From: Desulfobacterales bacterium
GTDB lineage: Bacteria; Desulfobacterota; Desulfobacteria; Desulfobacterales; UBA2156
Assembly: GCA_027025555.1 (NCBI GenBank)
Contig: JALVQN010000217.1
Coordinates: 1 to 60,857 of the forward strand
Direction: 5' to 3'
Length of the DNA: 60,857 nucleotides
Shown piece after piece: positions 44,922 through 53,914 of the stretch (position 1 is its first letter; the number at the start of each line of letters is the position of its first letter). The translations under genes were made by a program, and so were the position numbers. The notes below the pieces were generated by a model. It made no database searches and was not told where the DNA came from. It saw nothing but the letters and a program-made list of their open reading frames with translations.

Positions 44922-45581
44922 ATGTTCATTACCTTTGAAGGCATCGAAGGCTCCGGAAAAACAACCCAGATCGAGCGGGCGGCGGCCCATATCCGGGCCT
45001 CGGGTCGTCCATGTGTCGTGACACGGGAACCCGGCGGAACGGAAATCGGTTTAAAAATCCGGGAGATCTTGCTGGATCGCAAACACACCGGGCTGGATGC
45101 GGATGCGGAACTGATGCTCTATATGGCGGATCGCATCCAGCATGTCAAAACGGTCATCCTTCCGGCTTTGGATCGAAAAAAGATCGTTTTGTGCGACCGG
45201 TTCCTGGATGCCACCCTCGCCTATCAGGGATATGGGAGGGGGCTGGACATTTCTTTCATCCGGAAGCTGCACCGGACGACCGTCGGCGGTATTGAACCGG
45301 ACCTGACGCTCCTTTTGGATTTGCCGGTGGAAAAAGGACTGGGCCGAGCTTGGGAAAGGATTAAAAAAGCGGAAAACGCCGGCGGGGAAAGCCGCTTTGA
45401 GGAAGAATCCCTGGTGTTCCATGAACGGGTCAGGAAGGGATACCTGGCGTTGGCCCGGGCCAACGTCGGCCGGATCCGGGTCATCGATGCGGCAAAGGAT
45501 ATGGAAACGATCCACCGGGAAGTGATTCAAATCGTATCTGCCGCGCTCGGGGTTGAGAAAAAGGTTCCGGCGCGGTTCTAG
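44922..45581 (+). CDS. tmk: Thymidylate kinase
   Basis: FITFEGIEGSGKTTQ, TREPGG, CDRF, AYQG. Confidence 0.95.
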   Translation: MFITFEGIEGSGKTTQIERAAAHIRASGRPCVVTREPGGTEIGLKIREILLDRKHTGLDADAELMLYMADRIQHVKTVILPALDRKKIVLCDRFLDATLAYQGYGRGLDISFIRKLHRTTVGGIEPDLTLLLDLPVEKGLGRAWERIKKAENAGGESRFEEESLVFHERVRKGYLALARANVGRIRVIDAAKDMETIHREVIQIVSAALGVEKKVPARF

Positions 45582-45662
45582 ACGCTGTTTTACAACCCTT
45601 TGGAGACGGAAGTGTCGGAACCGGACCAAATCCCCGGGACCGGGTGAAGGAGTCGCAAACGG

Positions 45663-47942
45663 ATGAATCGATCGATTCTGGATGCCATTGGCAACACGCC
45701 CCTTGTGGAGATTCGGAAGTTGAATCCCAATTCCAGGGTGAAGATTTTTGCAAAACTGGAATCCTTCAACCCCGGCGGCTCGGTGAAGGACCGACCCGCC
45801 CTTTACATGATCGAAGCCGGAGAACGCAGCGGCCTCCTGACGCCTGAAAAGACCGTGATTGAAGCCACCAGCGGCAATACGGGGATCGGTTTGGCCCTGG
45901 TATGTTCGGTGAAAGGGTACCGGCTCCTGTTGATCATGTCGGAGGCGGTGAGTGAGGAGCGGAGGAAGATCCTGAAGGCCCGGGGAGCAGAGATCCACTT
46001 GACGCCGGGCCACCTGGGCACGGACGGTGCCATAGAGGAGGCCTATCGATTGTCCCGGGAAAACCCGGGCCGGTATTTCATGCCGGATCAGTTCAACAAT
46101 GAAGCCAACTGGCAGGCCCATTACCACAGTACCGCCCGGGAAATCTGGGAACAGACCCGCGGCCGGGTCACCGCTGTCGTGGCGACCCTCGGGACCTCCG
46201 GGACCCTCATGGGTGTATCGAGGCGGATGAAGCAATACAATCCAGCCGTCCGGATCATCGGCGTGGAACCCTACCTGGGACACAAAATCCAGGGGCTTAA
46301 AAACATGAAAGAGGCTTACCGGCCTGAAATCTTCGACAAGGGCCGTTTGGACATCAAGATCAACATCGAAGACGAGGAAGCCTTCGAAATGGCCCGCCGG
46401 CTGGCCAAGGAGGAGGGGATCTTTGCAGGCATGAGCAGCGGTGCGGCCATGGCCATCGCCTGCAAGGAAGCCGCGCTCATGAAAGAGGGGGTCATGGTGG
46501 TGATTCTCCCGGACGGCGGGGAACGGTACCTCAGCACCACGCTCTTTGCAGTGAAAGAGAAGGTGGACTTGAGGCTTTTCAACAGCATGACCCGGAGAAA
46601 AGAGACATTCAAGCCCCTGGTGCCCGGAACCGCCACGGTGTATACCTGCGGTCCCACCGCCCATGACCGAATGGAGGTCGGAGAATGCCGTCGGTTCGTT
46701 TTTTCCGACCTGCTCTGCCGGTATCTCCGATATCGAGGCTATGCGGTCCATCATGTGGTGAACATCACCGATTACGATGATAAGACATTGGCAGGATCGG
46801 AATCCGCCAATCTCTCCCTGTCCCAATTCACCGATAAGTATGTGAAATGGTTTCAAAAGGACCTGGAATCCCTGGGCGTCCAACCGGCCGACCGCATTCC
46901 CCGCACAAGCAGGAACCTCCAAGAGATGGTCCAGATCACCCGTGACCTCAAGAAGGCCGGCTATGCCTATGAGAAGTTAAAATCGGTCTATTTCGATATC
47001 TCCCGGATTCCCGATTACGGAAAGTTGTCCGGAATCGATCTCGATAAGATCAAGCTCGGGGCCACCGTGGATCTTGAAGACTATGAAAAGGAGAATCCCC
47101 GGGATTTCACCCTTCTGAAACGCTCGAAGCTTTCCGAACTCAAGCGCGGCATCTTCGTTAAAACCGAATGGGGCAACGTCCGGCCCTCTTGGCACCTTCA
47201 GTGTGCGGCCACGGCCATGAAATTCATGGGGGAGCGCTACGACATCCATGCCAGCTGCCGGGAGTTCATTTTCCCCCACCATGAAAACCATATCGCCATT
47301 GCCGTGGCGTTAAAAGGACACCCCATGGCCCACTACTGGATCCACTGTGAACAGGTCCTGTTGGATGGCAATCGAAAGGCAACAACAAAGGGGGGAATGC
47401 GCCTCGAGACGCTCTTCGAGGAGGGATTCTCGGGTCGTGAAATCCGGTACTGGCTCCTTTCCAACCACTACCGAAAGCCCCTGGTGTTTGTGCGAAAACG
47501 CCTGGAAGAAGCCAGGCGCGCCTTAAAGCGGATCGATGCGTGTATCCTTTCCCTTAAGCGCCTTCGGGGCGGAACGCCCAATCCTGAAACCGATCAGCTG
47601 GTTTATGATATCAAAAATGGATTCACCTCGGCCATGGATGAGGATCTGAATACCCCCGGCGCCTTGGCCTCCCTCTTTGATAAAATCCGGAAGATCAACA
47701 TCGGCATCAAAGAAAAAAGCATCGATGCCACGGGCGCGGAAAAGATCCTGCGTACGTTTCAGGATATTGACGGTGTTTTGAACCTGTTTCGTTTCCCGGG
47801 GCCTACCCAGGACCCGGAAATCCTCGAGCTTATCCGGCAAAGGGAGGCGGCCCGACAGGCGAAAGACTGGGACACGGCGGACCGTATCCGGGACCGGCTT
47901 CGGTCCATGGGGGTTGAGGTGCGGGACACTCCAATCCGCTGA
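45663..47942 (+). CDS. Fusion of cysteine synthase (CysK/CysM-like, aa ~1-297) and a cysteinyl-tRNA synthetase-like region with degenerate ATP motifs
   Basis: N-terminal: IGNTPLV, NPGGSVKDR (PLP Lys42), ATSGNTG, GTSGT, DGGERYLS. C-terminal: FNSMTR, CGPT, NITDYDDK, RPSWHLQC, FPHHEN, DLNT, KDW..AD.IRD.L. HIGH reads EVGE and KMSKS reads KATTK. Confidence 0.9.
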   Translation: MNRSILDAIGNTPLVEIRKLNPNSRVKIFAKLESFNPGGSVKDRPALYMIEAGERSGLLTPEKTVIEATSGNTGIGLALVCSVKGYRLLLIMSEAVSEERRKILKARGAEIHLTPGHLGTDGAIEEAYRLSRENPGRYFMPDQFNNEANWQAHYHSTAREIWEQTRGRVTAVVATLGTSGTLMGVSRRMKQYNPAVRIIGVEPYLGHKIQGLKNMKEAYRPEIFDKGRLDIKINIEDEEAFEMARRLAKEEGIFAGMSSGAAMAIACKEAALMKEGVMVVILPDGGERYLSTTLFAVKEKVDLRLFNSMTRRKETFKPLVPGTATVYTCGPTAHDRMEVGECRRFVFSDLLCRYLRYRGYAVHHVVNITDYDDKTLAGSESANLSLSQFTDKYVKWFQKDLESLGVQPADRIPRTSRNLQEMVQITRDLKKAGYAYEKLKSVYFDISRIPDYGKLSGIDLDKIKLGATVDLEDYEKENPRDFTLLKRSKLSELKRGIFVKTEWGNVRPSWHLQCAATAMKFMGERYDIHASCREFIFPHHENHIAIAVALKGHPMAHYWIHCEQVLLDGNRKATTKGGMRLETLFEEGFSGREIRYWLLSNHYRKPLVFVRKRLEEARRALKRIDACILSLKRLRGGTPNPETDQLVYDIKNGFTSAMDEDLNTPGALASLFDKIRKINIGIKEKSIDATGAEKILRTFQDIDGVLNLFRFPGPTQDPEILELIRQREAARQAKDWDTADRIRDRLRSMGVEVRDTPIR

Positions 47943-48003
47943 AAAACGGTTTGCCGCCCCCTGACACATGGCACAGGAACAAAGAAGAAAGAGGCGTTTT
48001 GGC

Positions 48004-48993
48004 ATGGAAGCGATATATTTCCCCCATACCGTGATTCCGGAACCTGTTTTGGCCAACCTTGAACATTTGGTCGATTCGGTGGAGGTTCTTCAGCCGTGCC
48101 GCCGCGAGGTTCCTGAATTCATGGCCGCATACGCGGCAAAGGGATTTTTATCCATATATACAGTGATGGCGGACCATAAGGCGCGACTGGAAGCAGCCCT
48201 TCAGGGCTTTGAAGCCTTTGCACAGACGGCCGGACCCGGGGGCGATCTGGTGACCCGATTTGTTGCCCTGAGCAAGGGCTCCCCTGCCCCCGACGATGAA
48301 AGGGTGGCCTCCCAGATCGTCTCCGCCATGAAAAGAGGCCGTGCCGGAACAAGACGCCCGCCGGAAGATCCGGCCTTCGAAGCGGCCCTTTTCCTTTTCA
48401 TGGCCCAAACCTACGACCTCCGCAACATGGAGGTTCAGAAGGATTTGAAGTCCGCTGGCGACACCCAAAAAAAGCTCTTTCAAAGCCTCACGGGGGAGGT
48501 CCCCATGGACGAGAAGACCGACTTTCCCGGCCATGACGCCCCGGACGATTACATGCCCAGGCAACGGCTCGCGGCCTGGTCCAATTTGTTCTTCAACAGG
48601 CGTGCCCTTCAAGGCATGGATAAAGGCCCTGTCTGGATGACGCACAGCCGGCCGGTGGTGGAACACCTCCTGGAAGAGGCGCCGTTTTCCGTGCAGACGG
48701 TGCATCTTGAGGCGACCCCGGGCGCCCCGGTTCCGGAAGGGAGACAGGATCCCTGGAAAGCCGCCTTCCAGGAAGCCCTGTCAAGGGCATGGGAAGATCC
48801 CGGCTTTTGCCTTGACGATCCCCTTGTGGAAGCGTCGATTCCCTTTGGAGGCCCCGCACCCTTTGCGGCCACCGTCCATGCCGTTCACCAGGCCCCTGCG
48901 GCCCTTTTTGGGCGCCGGCTCGACGGTTCCCTCATCCCCGAAGGCCAAGAGGCCTTGGACGGCAAAACATTGTTGGTTTGCTTGGATCCATAA
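48004..48993 (+). CDS. Hypothetical protein
   Basis: ~329-aa ORF (MEAIYFPHT...) with GAGG upstream. It fills the gap between the fusion gene and the ferredoxin. Confidence 0.65.
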   Translation: MEAIYFPHTVIPEPVLANLEHLVDSVEVLQPCRREVPEFMAAYAAKGFLSIYTVMADHKARLEAALQGFEAFAQTAGPGGDLVTRFVALSKGSPAPDDERVASQIVSAMKRGRAGTRRPPEDPAFEAALFLFMAQTYDLRNMEVQKDLKSAGDTQKKLFQSLTGEVPMDEKTDFPGHDAPDDYMPRQRLAAWSNLFFNRRALQGMDKGPVWMTHSRPVVEHLLEEAPFSVQTVHLEATPGAPVPEGRQDPWKAAFQEALSRAWEDPGFCLDDPLVEASIPFGGPAPFAATVHAVHQAPAALFGRRLDGSLIPEGQEALDGKTLLVCLDP

Positions 48994-49140
48994 GGTCCGG
49001 CGGCTTTGAAAGAAATCCAAAAAAAACGAATATAGGGCTTGACTCGGAGTGGGGATTGGTATAAGTGGCTTGCCTTAATCTGAAACCCACAGATCCCTTA
49101 CCCGGGTCTTTAGGAATTTTAAGAAAGGAGGCGTTTTAAA

Positions 49141-49329
49141 ATGGGATACGACGTGACTGTTGACCAGGATAAGTGTGAAGGCTGCGGCGAATGCGTGGAG
49201 GTCTGCCCGGTGGAAGTCTATGAACTGGTGGACGATAAATCGGTTCCGGTGAATGCCGAAGAGTGCCTGGGCTGTGAGAGCTGCGTGGAAGTCTGCGAGC
49301 CTGGTGCCATCACCGTCGAGGAGACATAA
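49141..49329 (+). CDS. fdx: 2x[4Fe-4S] ferredoxin
   Basis: CEGCGECVEVCP and CLGCESCVEVC, acidic, AAGGAGG RBS. Confidence 0.93.
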   Translation: MGYDVTVDQDKCEGCGECVEVCPVEVYELVDDKSVPVNAEECLGCESCVEVCEPGAITVEET

Positions 49330-49344
49330 CCCGTACGGTGTTCA

Positions 49345-49376
49345 ATCCCCCTGGTCCTGGAGAGGGCCGGGGGGAT
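49345..49376 (+). other. Strong 3' hairpin after the ferredoxin (mRNA stabiliser or weak terminator)
   Basis: ATCCCCCTGGTCCT-GGAG-AGGGCCGGGGGGAT, 14-bp stem with G-U pairs and no U tract. Confidence 0.4.
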
Positions 49377-49504
49377 AAAGCGTTCCGGATACCTCCGGAT
49401 TTTCTCGGGGGATATCCCGTTTCCCCGTCCCGCCCCATTCCCCGCATGGATGGCCTGAAAGGGATGCCATGCCCCCTTTCCCTTTATCGCGTAAGCTGTT
49501 TTGG

Positions 49505-50041
49505 ATGAAGCAGGGGTATGCCTTCATTTTTCAGACACGCTTTGGATATTCTGCGGTCTTGTACCGGGAAAGTCCCTTCGCCGTTTTCAGGACCTTCCTT
49601 CCACGGCAGACGCTTTCCGGTCTCATGGAGGCCCTGGACGCTTCCGGCGGCCCGTTTCGGGAGGGCGCCCATGCGCATGCACGCACGCTGTCCCGGTCCA
49701 TCGTCGATTATTTCAAGGGCCTGATCCCTGAAATGGAGTGGCCGCCATGGTCCTGGTTGGATCTTGCCGGACTGACCCCGCTCCAGCGGTCTGTGCTCCG
49801 GGAAACCGCAAAGATACCCTATGGTAAACAAAGGAGCTACCGGGACATCGCCTGCGCCATCGGTCGGCCGAGGGCCTGCCGGTTCGTGGGATCCACCCTG
49901 GCCAAAAATCCCTTCCCGCTCCTGATTCCCTGTCACCGGGTCATCCGGAGTGACGGCACCCCGGGTCAATTCGGGGGCGGAACCCCCCTCAAACAGGCCC
50001 TCCTTGATCTGGAGGCAAGAAACCCGAGGTGTCGGGCTTGA
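49505..50041 (+). CDS. ogt: Methylated-DNA-protein-cysteine methyltransferase
   Basis: IPYG..SY..IA, NP.PLLIPCHRVI, K..LL..E. Confidence 0.88.
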   Translation: MKQGYAFIFQTRFGYSAVLYRESPFAVFRTFLPRQTLSGLMEALDASGGPFREGAHAHARTLSRSIVDYFKGLIPEMEWPPWSWLDLAGLTPLQRSVLRETAKIPYGKQRSYRDIACAIGRPRACRFVGSTLAKNPFPLLIPCHRVIRSDGTPGQFGGGTPLKQALLDLEARNPRCRA

Positions 50042-51038
50042 AGTGGTCCCATCCCGAGGGGAAAACCGGCAAAATGCGGCCCGAAGCGTCGGTGATCTCC
50101 AGCTTTTTAGACGGTGTGATCCGCCCGATGGCAAAAAGGGGGCGATGAAAGGTTTTTTCGAAGGCGGCCAGGACGCGCTTTTCCGCTTCGGGCGGTACGG
50201 TCATTAAAAGGACATAGTCCTCGCCGCCGGAAAGCGCGTAATCCAGCGGGTCCCCGGAAAACCGCGCGCAGAAGCTTTTGAGTGCCGGAGAGACGGGGAT
50301 TTTCGTTGCATCGAGAAGGGCCCCGACATTGCTTGATCTCAGGATATGACCCAGGTCTGAACTCAGGCCGTCGCTGACATCGATGGCGGCGTGAACGGCC
50401 CCCAGCGTTGCCAGAAACCGGCCTTCTTCTACATGGGGCCGCGGTTTCAGGTGGGCGTTGAGCAGTTTCTCGAGTGCCGGCGTATCGGGCGGGATGTCCT
50501 CCAGGATGAGATGCAGTCCGGCACGGCTGTCCCCCAGAAAGCCCGTGGAGAAAATCACATCACCGATTTGTGCGGTGTGGCGGAAAAGGATTTCCTCGGC
50601 CGGCATGGTGCCCAGGACCATGATGTTGAGGATGAGATCGGTTTTCGATGCCGTGGTATCCCCGCCCAGAATGTTGACCCGATGCCGGGCGGCAAGATGC
50701 TTCATCCCCGCGTAGAGCCCGTCCAGATAGTCGAGGGTGCAGTCTTCCGGAATTGCGATGCTGATAAAGGCTTCCCTGGGCTCTCCGCCCATGGCGGCGA
50801 TGTCACTCAAGTTCACGGCCAGGGCCTTGTATCCCAGGTTGAATGCCGAGGTGGCCTTTTTCAGGAAATGGACCCGTTCCACCAGCAAGTCGGTGGTGAC
50901 GAGGGTCGCCCTGTGGGGAGGGACATGGAAGACAGCCGCATCGTCTCCGATGCCTTTGAGGACCGCGTCCTTTCGCACAAGGCACCCTCTCCGGACCCGG
51001 TCGATCCATGCGAACTCACCGATGTCCTTCAGTTTCAA
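49989..51038 (-). CDS. thiL: Thiamine-monophosphate kinase
   Basis: IGEF, GIGDDAA, VNLSDIAAMGG.P, GGDT, DVSDGL, SGGEDY, GWDHF. Confidence 0.95.
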   Translation of the reverse strand: MKLKDIGEFAWIDRVRRGCLVRKDAVLKGIGDDAAVFHVPPHRATLVTTDLLVERVHFLKKATSAFNLGYKALAVNLSDIAAMGGEPREAFISIAIPEDCTLDYLDGLYAGMKHLAARHRVNILGGDTTASKTDLILNIMVLGTMPAEEILFRHTAQIGDVIFSTGFLGDSRAGLHLILEDIPPDTPALEKLLNAHLKPRPHVEEGRFLATLGAVHAAIDVSDGLSSDLGHILRSSNVGALLDATKIPVSPALKSFCARFSGDPLDYALSGGEDYVLLMTVPPEAEKRVLAAFEKTFHRPLFAIGRITPSKKLEITDASGRILPVFPSGWDHFKPDTSGFLPPDQGGPV

Positions 51039-51685
51039 CGCGCCCGGGCCTTCTGGATGAGAAGGGTCAGGTGACGGGCCGCCTCCATGGGATCCTTTGC
51101 ACAGACGATGGCCGATACCACGGCCACGCCGTCGGCCCCGTTTCGGAGGACCGCTTCGACATTTTCAGCATTCACCCCGCCGATGGCCACCAGGGGGGTG
51201 GACACCCTTTTGCGGATTTCTCTGAGCCCTTCCAAGCCGAGGGGAGGCGCCGTGTCGGTTTTCGTGGGCGTCGAAAAGACGGGGCTGACGCTGATGTAAT
51301 CCGCCCCTTGGGCCTCGGCTGCCATGGCATCCTCGATGGATTCCGCCGATATGCCGATGATCATGGAATTTCCAACGATGCGGCGGGCCTGGGGCAGCGG
51401 CATGTCCGTCTGTCCCAGGTGCAACCCGTCGGCATGCACCGCCATGGCCACATCCAACCGGTCGTTGATGATGAGAGGCACACGGGCTTGTTTCAGAAAG
51501 TCCCGTACGGAGAGGGCCTCGTCGAGGAATTTGCGGGTGGATCCTTTCTTTTCTCGAAGCTGAACGCAGGTGACCCCTCCCTTTACCGCGGCCTCCACGA
51601 TCCGGCGGGTGCTTTTCCCCCTTGCAAGGCCCCTGTCCGTCACCAGATAGAGGGAATAGTCCACGCTTTTTTGGGTTCGGTTCAT
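51035..51685 (-). CDS. thiE: Thiamine-phosphate synthase
   Basis: LYLVTD, VQLREK, IINDR.D, HLGQ.D, TPTK, AIGG. ATG at 51685 overlaps the thiM stop. Confidence 0.95.
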   Translation of the reverse strand: MNRTQKSVDYSLYLVTDRGLARGKSTRRIVEAAVKGGVTCVQLREKKGSTRKFLDEALSVRDFLKQARVPLIINDRLDVAMAVHADGLHLGQTDMPLPQARRIVGNSMIIGISAESIEDAMAAEAQGADYISVSPVFSTPTKTDTAPPLGLEGLREIRKRVSTPLVAIGGVNAENVEAVLRNGADGVAVVSAIVCAKDPMEAARHLTLLIQKARAR

Positions 51686-52494
51686 CGGGTTTCGGTGATG
51701 TTGCATCCGGATTCGAGTTGTTCGGGTGAAATCTCGTACAGGGCGTCCAAGAGCGCCACCATGAGACTCCCGGGTGCCTTGGCCTTCTCGGCGGCATATT
51801 CTCCGGCCAGGCCGAAATAGGCCAGGGCCGTCGCCGCCGCGCTGAAGGGATCCGGATCCACGGCCAAAAAAGCCCCGATGAGGGCCGTGGCGGCGCACCC
51901 GGTTCCTGTGACACGACCCATGAGAAAATGGCCGTTTGCGACTTGCGCGCGGCGCTGTCCGTCAGTGACCAGGTCCACGGATCCGGTGATGGCCAGGGTG
52001 GTGTTCCACTCACGGGCAAGGGATTCGGCTGTATCCGCCGCCGTCTCCACCGAGTGGACGGCGTCGACGCCCTTGGTTTTCGAGTCCGCGTTTTGCAGGG
52101 ACAATATTTCAGAGGCGTTTCCGCGCAACACACGGATGGGGGTTTGGTCCAGGATCTGTTTGGCCGAGCGGGTGCGCAAGGCGGTGGCGCCCGCACCCAC
52201 GGGATCCAGGATCACGGGAACATGCAGCGTGGCCGCCCGTCTTGACGCCCGGATCATGGAATCCACCCAGTCATCGGTCAGTGTGCCGATGTTCAGGACC
52301 AGCGCCCCGGCCGCGGCGACCATCTCTTCCACCTCGTTTGGCGCGTGGGCCATCACCGGCGAGGCCCCGGCGCATAAGAGGGCGTTGGCCGTGAAATTCA
52401 TGACCACATAGTTGGTGATGTTATGGATCAGCGGTTTCTTTTCCCTCAGTTGTTGAAGGTTGACCGCGGCCTGTCGGGGGAGCAGTGTCATCAT
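51682..52494 (-). CDS. thiM: Hydroxyethylthiazole kinase
   Basis: PLIHNITNYV, GASPVMA, NIGT, LDPVG, RGNASEI, VTGTGC. Confidence 0.95.
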   Translation of the reverse strand: MMTLLPRQAAVNLQQLREKKPLIHNITNYVVMNFTANALLCAGASPVMAHAPNEVEEMVAAAGALVLNIGTLTDDWVDSMIRASRRAATLHVPVILDPVGAGATALRTRSAKQILDQTPIRVLRGNASEILSLQNADSKTKGVDAVHSVETAADTAESLAREWNTTLAITGSVDLVTDGQRRAQVANGHFLMGRVTGTGCAATALIGAFLAVDPDPFSAAATALAYFGLAGEYAAEKAKAPGSLMVALLDALYEISPEQLESGCNITETR

Positions 52495-52527
52495 CGCCTC
52501 TCTTGTCAAATGGCCCTAAAGACTTCA

Positions 52528-52559
52528 AAGGGGCTGTTTTCCGGCAAAAACAGCCCCTT
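52528..52559 (-). terminator. Hairpin in the TPP riboswitch expression platform (probable attenuator)
   Basis: AAGGGGCTGTTTT / AAAACAGCCCCTT 13-bp perfect stem between the aptamer and thiM. The U tail is weak. Confidence 0.6.
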
Positions 52560-52582
52560 ATGATTCCTGAACGCCTCCACCG

Positions 52583-52664
52583 AATCATTTCCCTACGCTG
52601 GAATTACCCAGATCAGGTTCAAAGGGTCCCTTCTCAGGCCTGTTTTGCCGCCCCTGGTGGATTT
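52583..52664 (-). ncRNA. TPP riboswitch aptamer
   Basis: Minus strand reads AGGGG..CTGAGA..ACCCTTTGAACCTGATCTGGGTAATTCCAGCGTAGGGAA, upstream of thiM-thiE-thiL. Confidence 0.95.
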
Positions 52665-52670
52665 TCAGGC

Positions 52671-52699
52671 AGATTACCGGAAATAAAAGACTTTGTCAA
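52671..52699 (-). promoter_or_regulatory. sigma70 promoter for the thi operon
   Basis: Minus-strand TTGACA-N17-TAATCT places the transcription start just before the aptamer. Confidence 0.7.
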
Positions 52700-52802
52700 G
52701 GCGGTTGAGGCGCGGACCCGGGGTACCGTTTATAGGGTATTTTTTTCGGGACCCTGGATAATCATTGTAAGAAAACGAAAGCTATGGTATTGTTTTGAAG
52801 TT

Positions 52803-53135
52803 ATGAAACAATATGTTGTGGATGAACTCCGTCGGCAGGAACGGGAAAAGATCAAGAGCCATCTTGAACAACACTATGGCCGGGGGAGCGTTGAAGGGAT
52901 TTACTGGATCCCCCTTGATCCCCATATATTCACCCCTGTTCAGTCCCGGCACCGGGCCTGTCAACCGTTTTATTTTGCCCTGGAAGTGCTCAAGGACCGG
53001 CTCGTGTGTGAACTGCTGATTCGCACCCGGCACCGGGTGCGCTGTGACTGCATGGGATATGCCACCGAAAACCAGCGAAACTGGTTGATCCGGCTCGTTG
53101 ACGGATTCTTGGATGGGCTTGGAATCCGGGTTTAG
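52803..53135 (+). CDS. Hypothetical protein with Cys/His cluster
   Basis: 110 aa, MKQYVVDEL..H..CQPFYF..CELLIR..RCDCMGYAT. Confidence 0.6.
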   Translation: MKQYVVDELRRQEREKIKSHLEQHYGRGSVEGIYWIPLDPHIFTPVQSRHRACQPFYFALEVLKDRLVCELLIRTRHRVRCDCMGYATENQRNWLIRLVDGFLDGLGIRV

Positions 53136-53182
53136 CCGAGGGGAAAAAGGAGGACTGCGGTGTTGTGAAACGGGGTGGGGAC

Positions 53183-53914
53183 ATGATTCGAACCTTGGGG
53201 CTTTGTGCGGCCATTGTCCTTTTGACCGCGTTTTTGGGCATCATCGCCCTGACCGTGTCCCTGTTCGGGAGCCCGGAAAGGACCATTCACAGGATCGCCC
53301 AGATATGGGGCGCCCTGATTCTTTCAATGGGGCGGATCCGGGTTCAGGTGAAGGGACTTTCCCGTATTGATCCCAATCGAAGCTATATCTTCATGGCCAA
53401 TCACCAGAGCAATTTCGACATCCCGGTGCTCCTTGCCCACCTCAAGGTTCAATTCCGGTGGCTGGCAAAGGCCGAGCTTTTCAAGATCCCCATTTTCGGC
53501 CGGGCCATGCGGAAAGCGGGTTACATCAGTATCGACCGGTCGGATCGCAAGAGTGCCTTTTTGAGCCTGAAAAAAGCGGCCGAAACCATCCGGCGCGGCA
53601 CTTCAGTCCTCATTTTTCCCGAGGGGACCCGGAGTTTGGATGGGCGGATACGCCCTTTCAAGAAGGGCGGTTTCGTATTGGCCACAGAAGCCGGGGTCCC
53701 CGTCGTTCCGGTGGTTTTACGGGGGACGTGGTCCATTATGGCCAAGGACGGATGGACAATCCGGCCGGGGGATGTCACCCTCCAGGTGCTTCGCCCGGTC
53801 CCCACACGCGATTTTAACCGGAAGGCCAAAGATCTTTTGCTGAAAAAGATCCGGCATATCATGAAAAACGCCTTCGAATCGGATTTGGGGGGGAATGCAG
53901 CATGCTCAAACTGA
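53183..53914 (+). CDS. plsC: 1-acyl-sn-glycerol-3-phosphate acyltransferase
   Basis: NHQSNFD, AKAELF, IDR, FPEGTRS, FKKG. Confidence 0.92.
   Translation: MIRTLGLCAAIVLLTAFLGIIALTVSLFGSPERTIHRIAQIWGALILSMGRIRVQVKGLSRIDPNRSYIFMANHQSNFDIPVLLAHLKVQFRWLAKAELFKIPIFGRAMRKAGYISIDRSDRKSAFLSLKKAAETIRRGTSVLIFPEGTRSLDGRIRPFKKGGFVLATEAGVPVVPVVLRGTWSIMAKDGWTIRPGDVTLQVLRPVPTRDFNRKAKDLLLKKIRHIMKNAFESDLGGNAACSN

Noticed and set aside
49039-49065. sigma70 promoter for the ferredoxin (TTGACT..TATAAG)
   Set aside because: The spacer is only 15 bp. It is plausible as an extended -10 but too weak to call.
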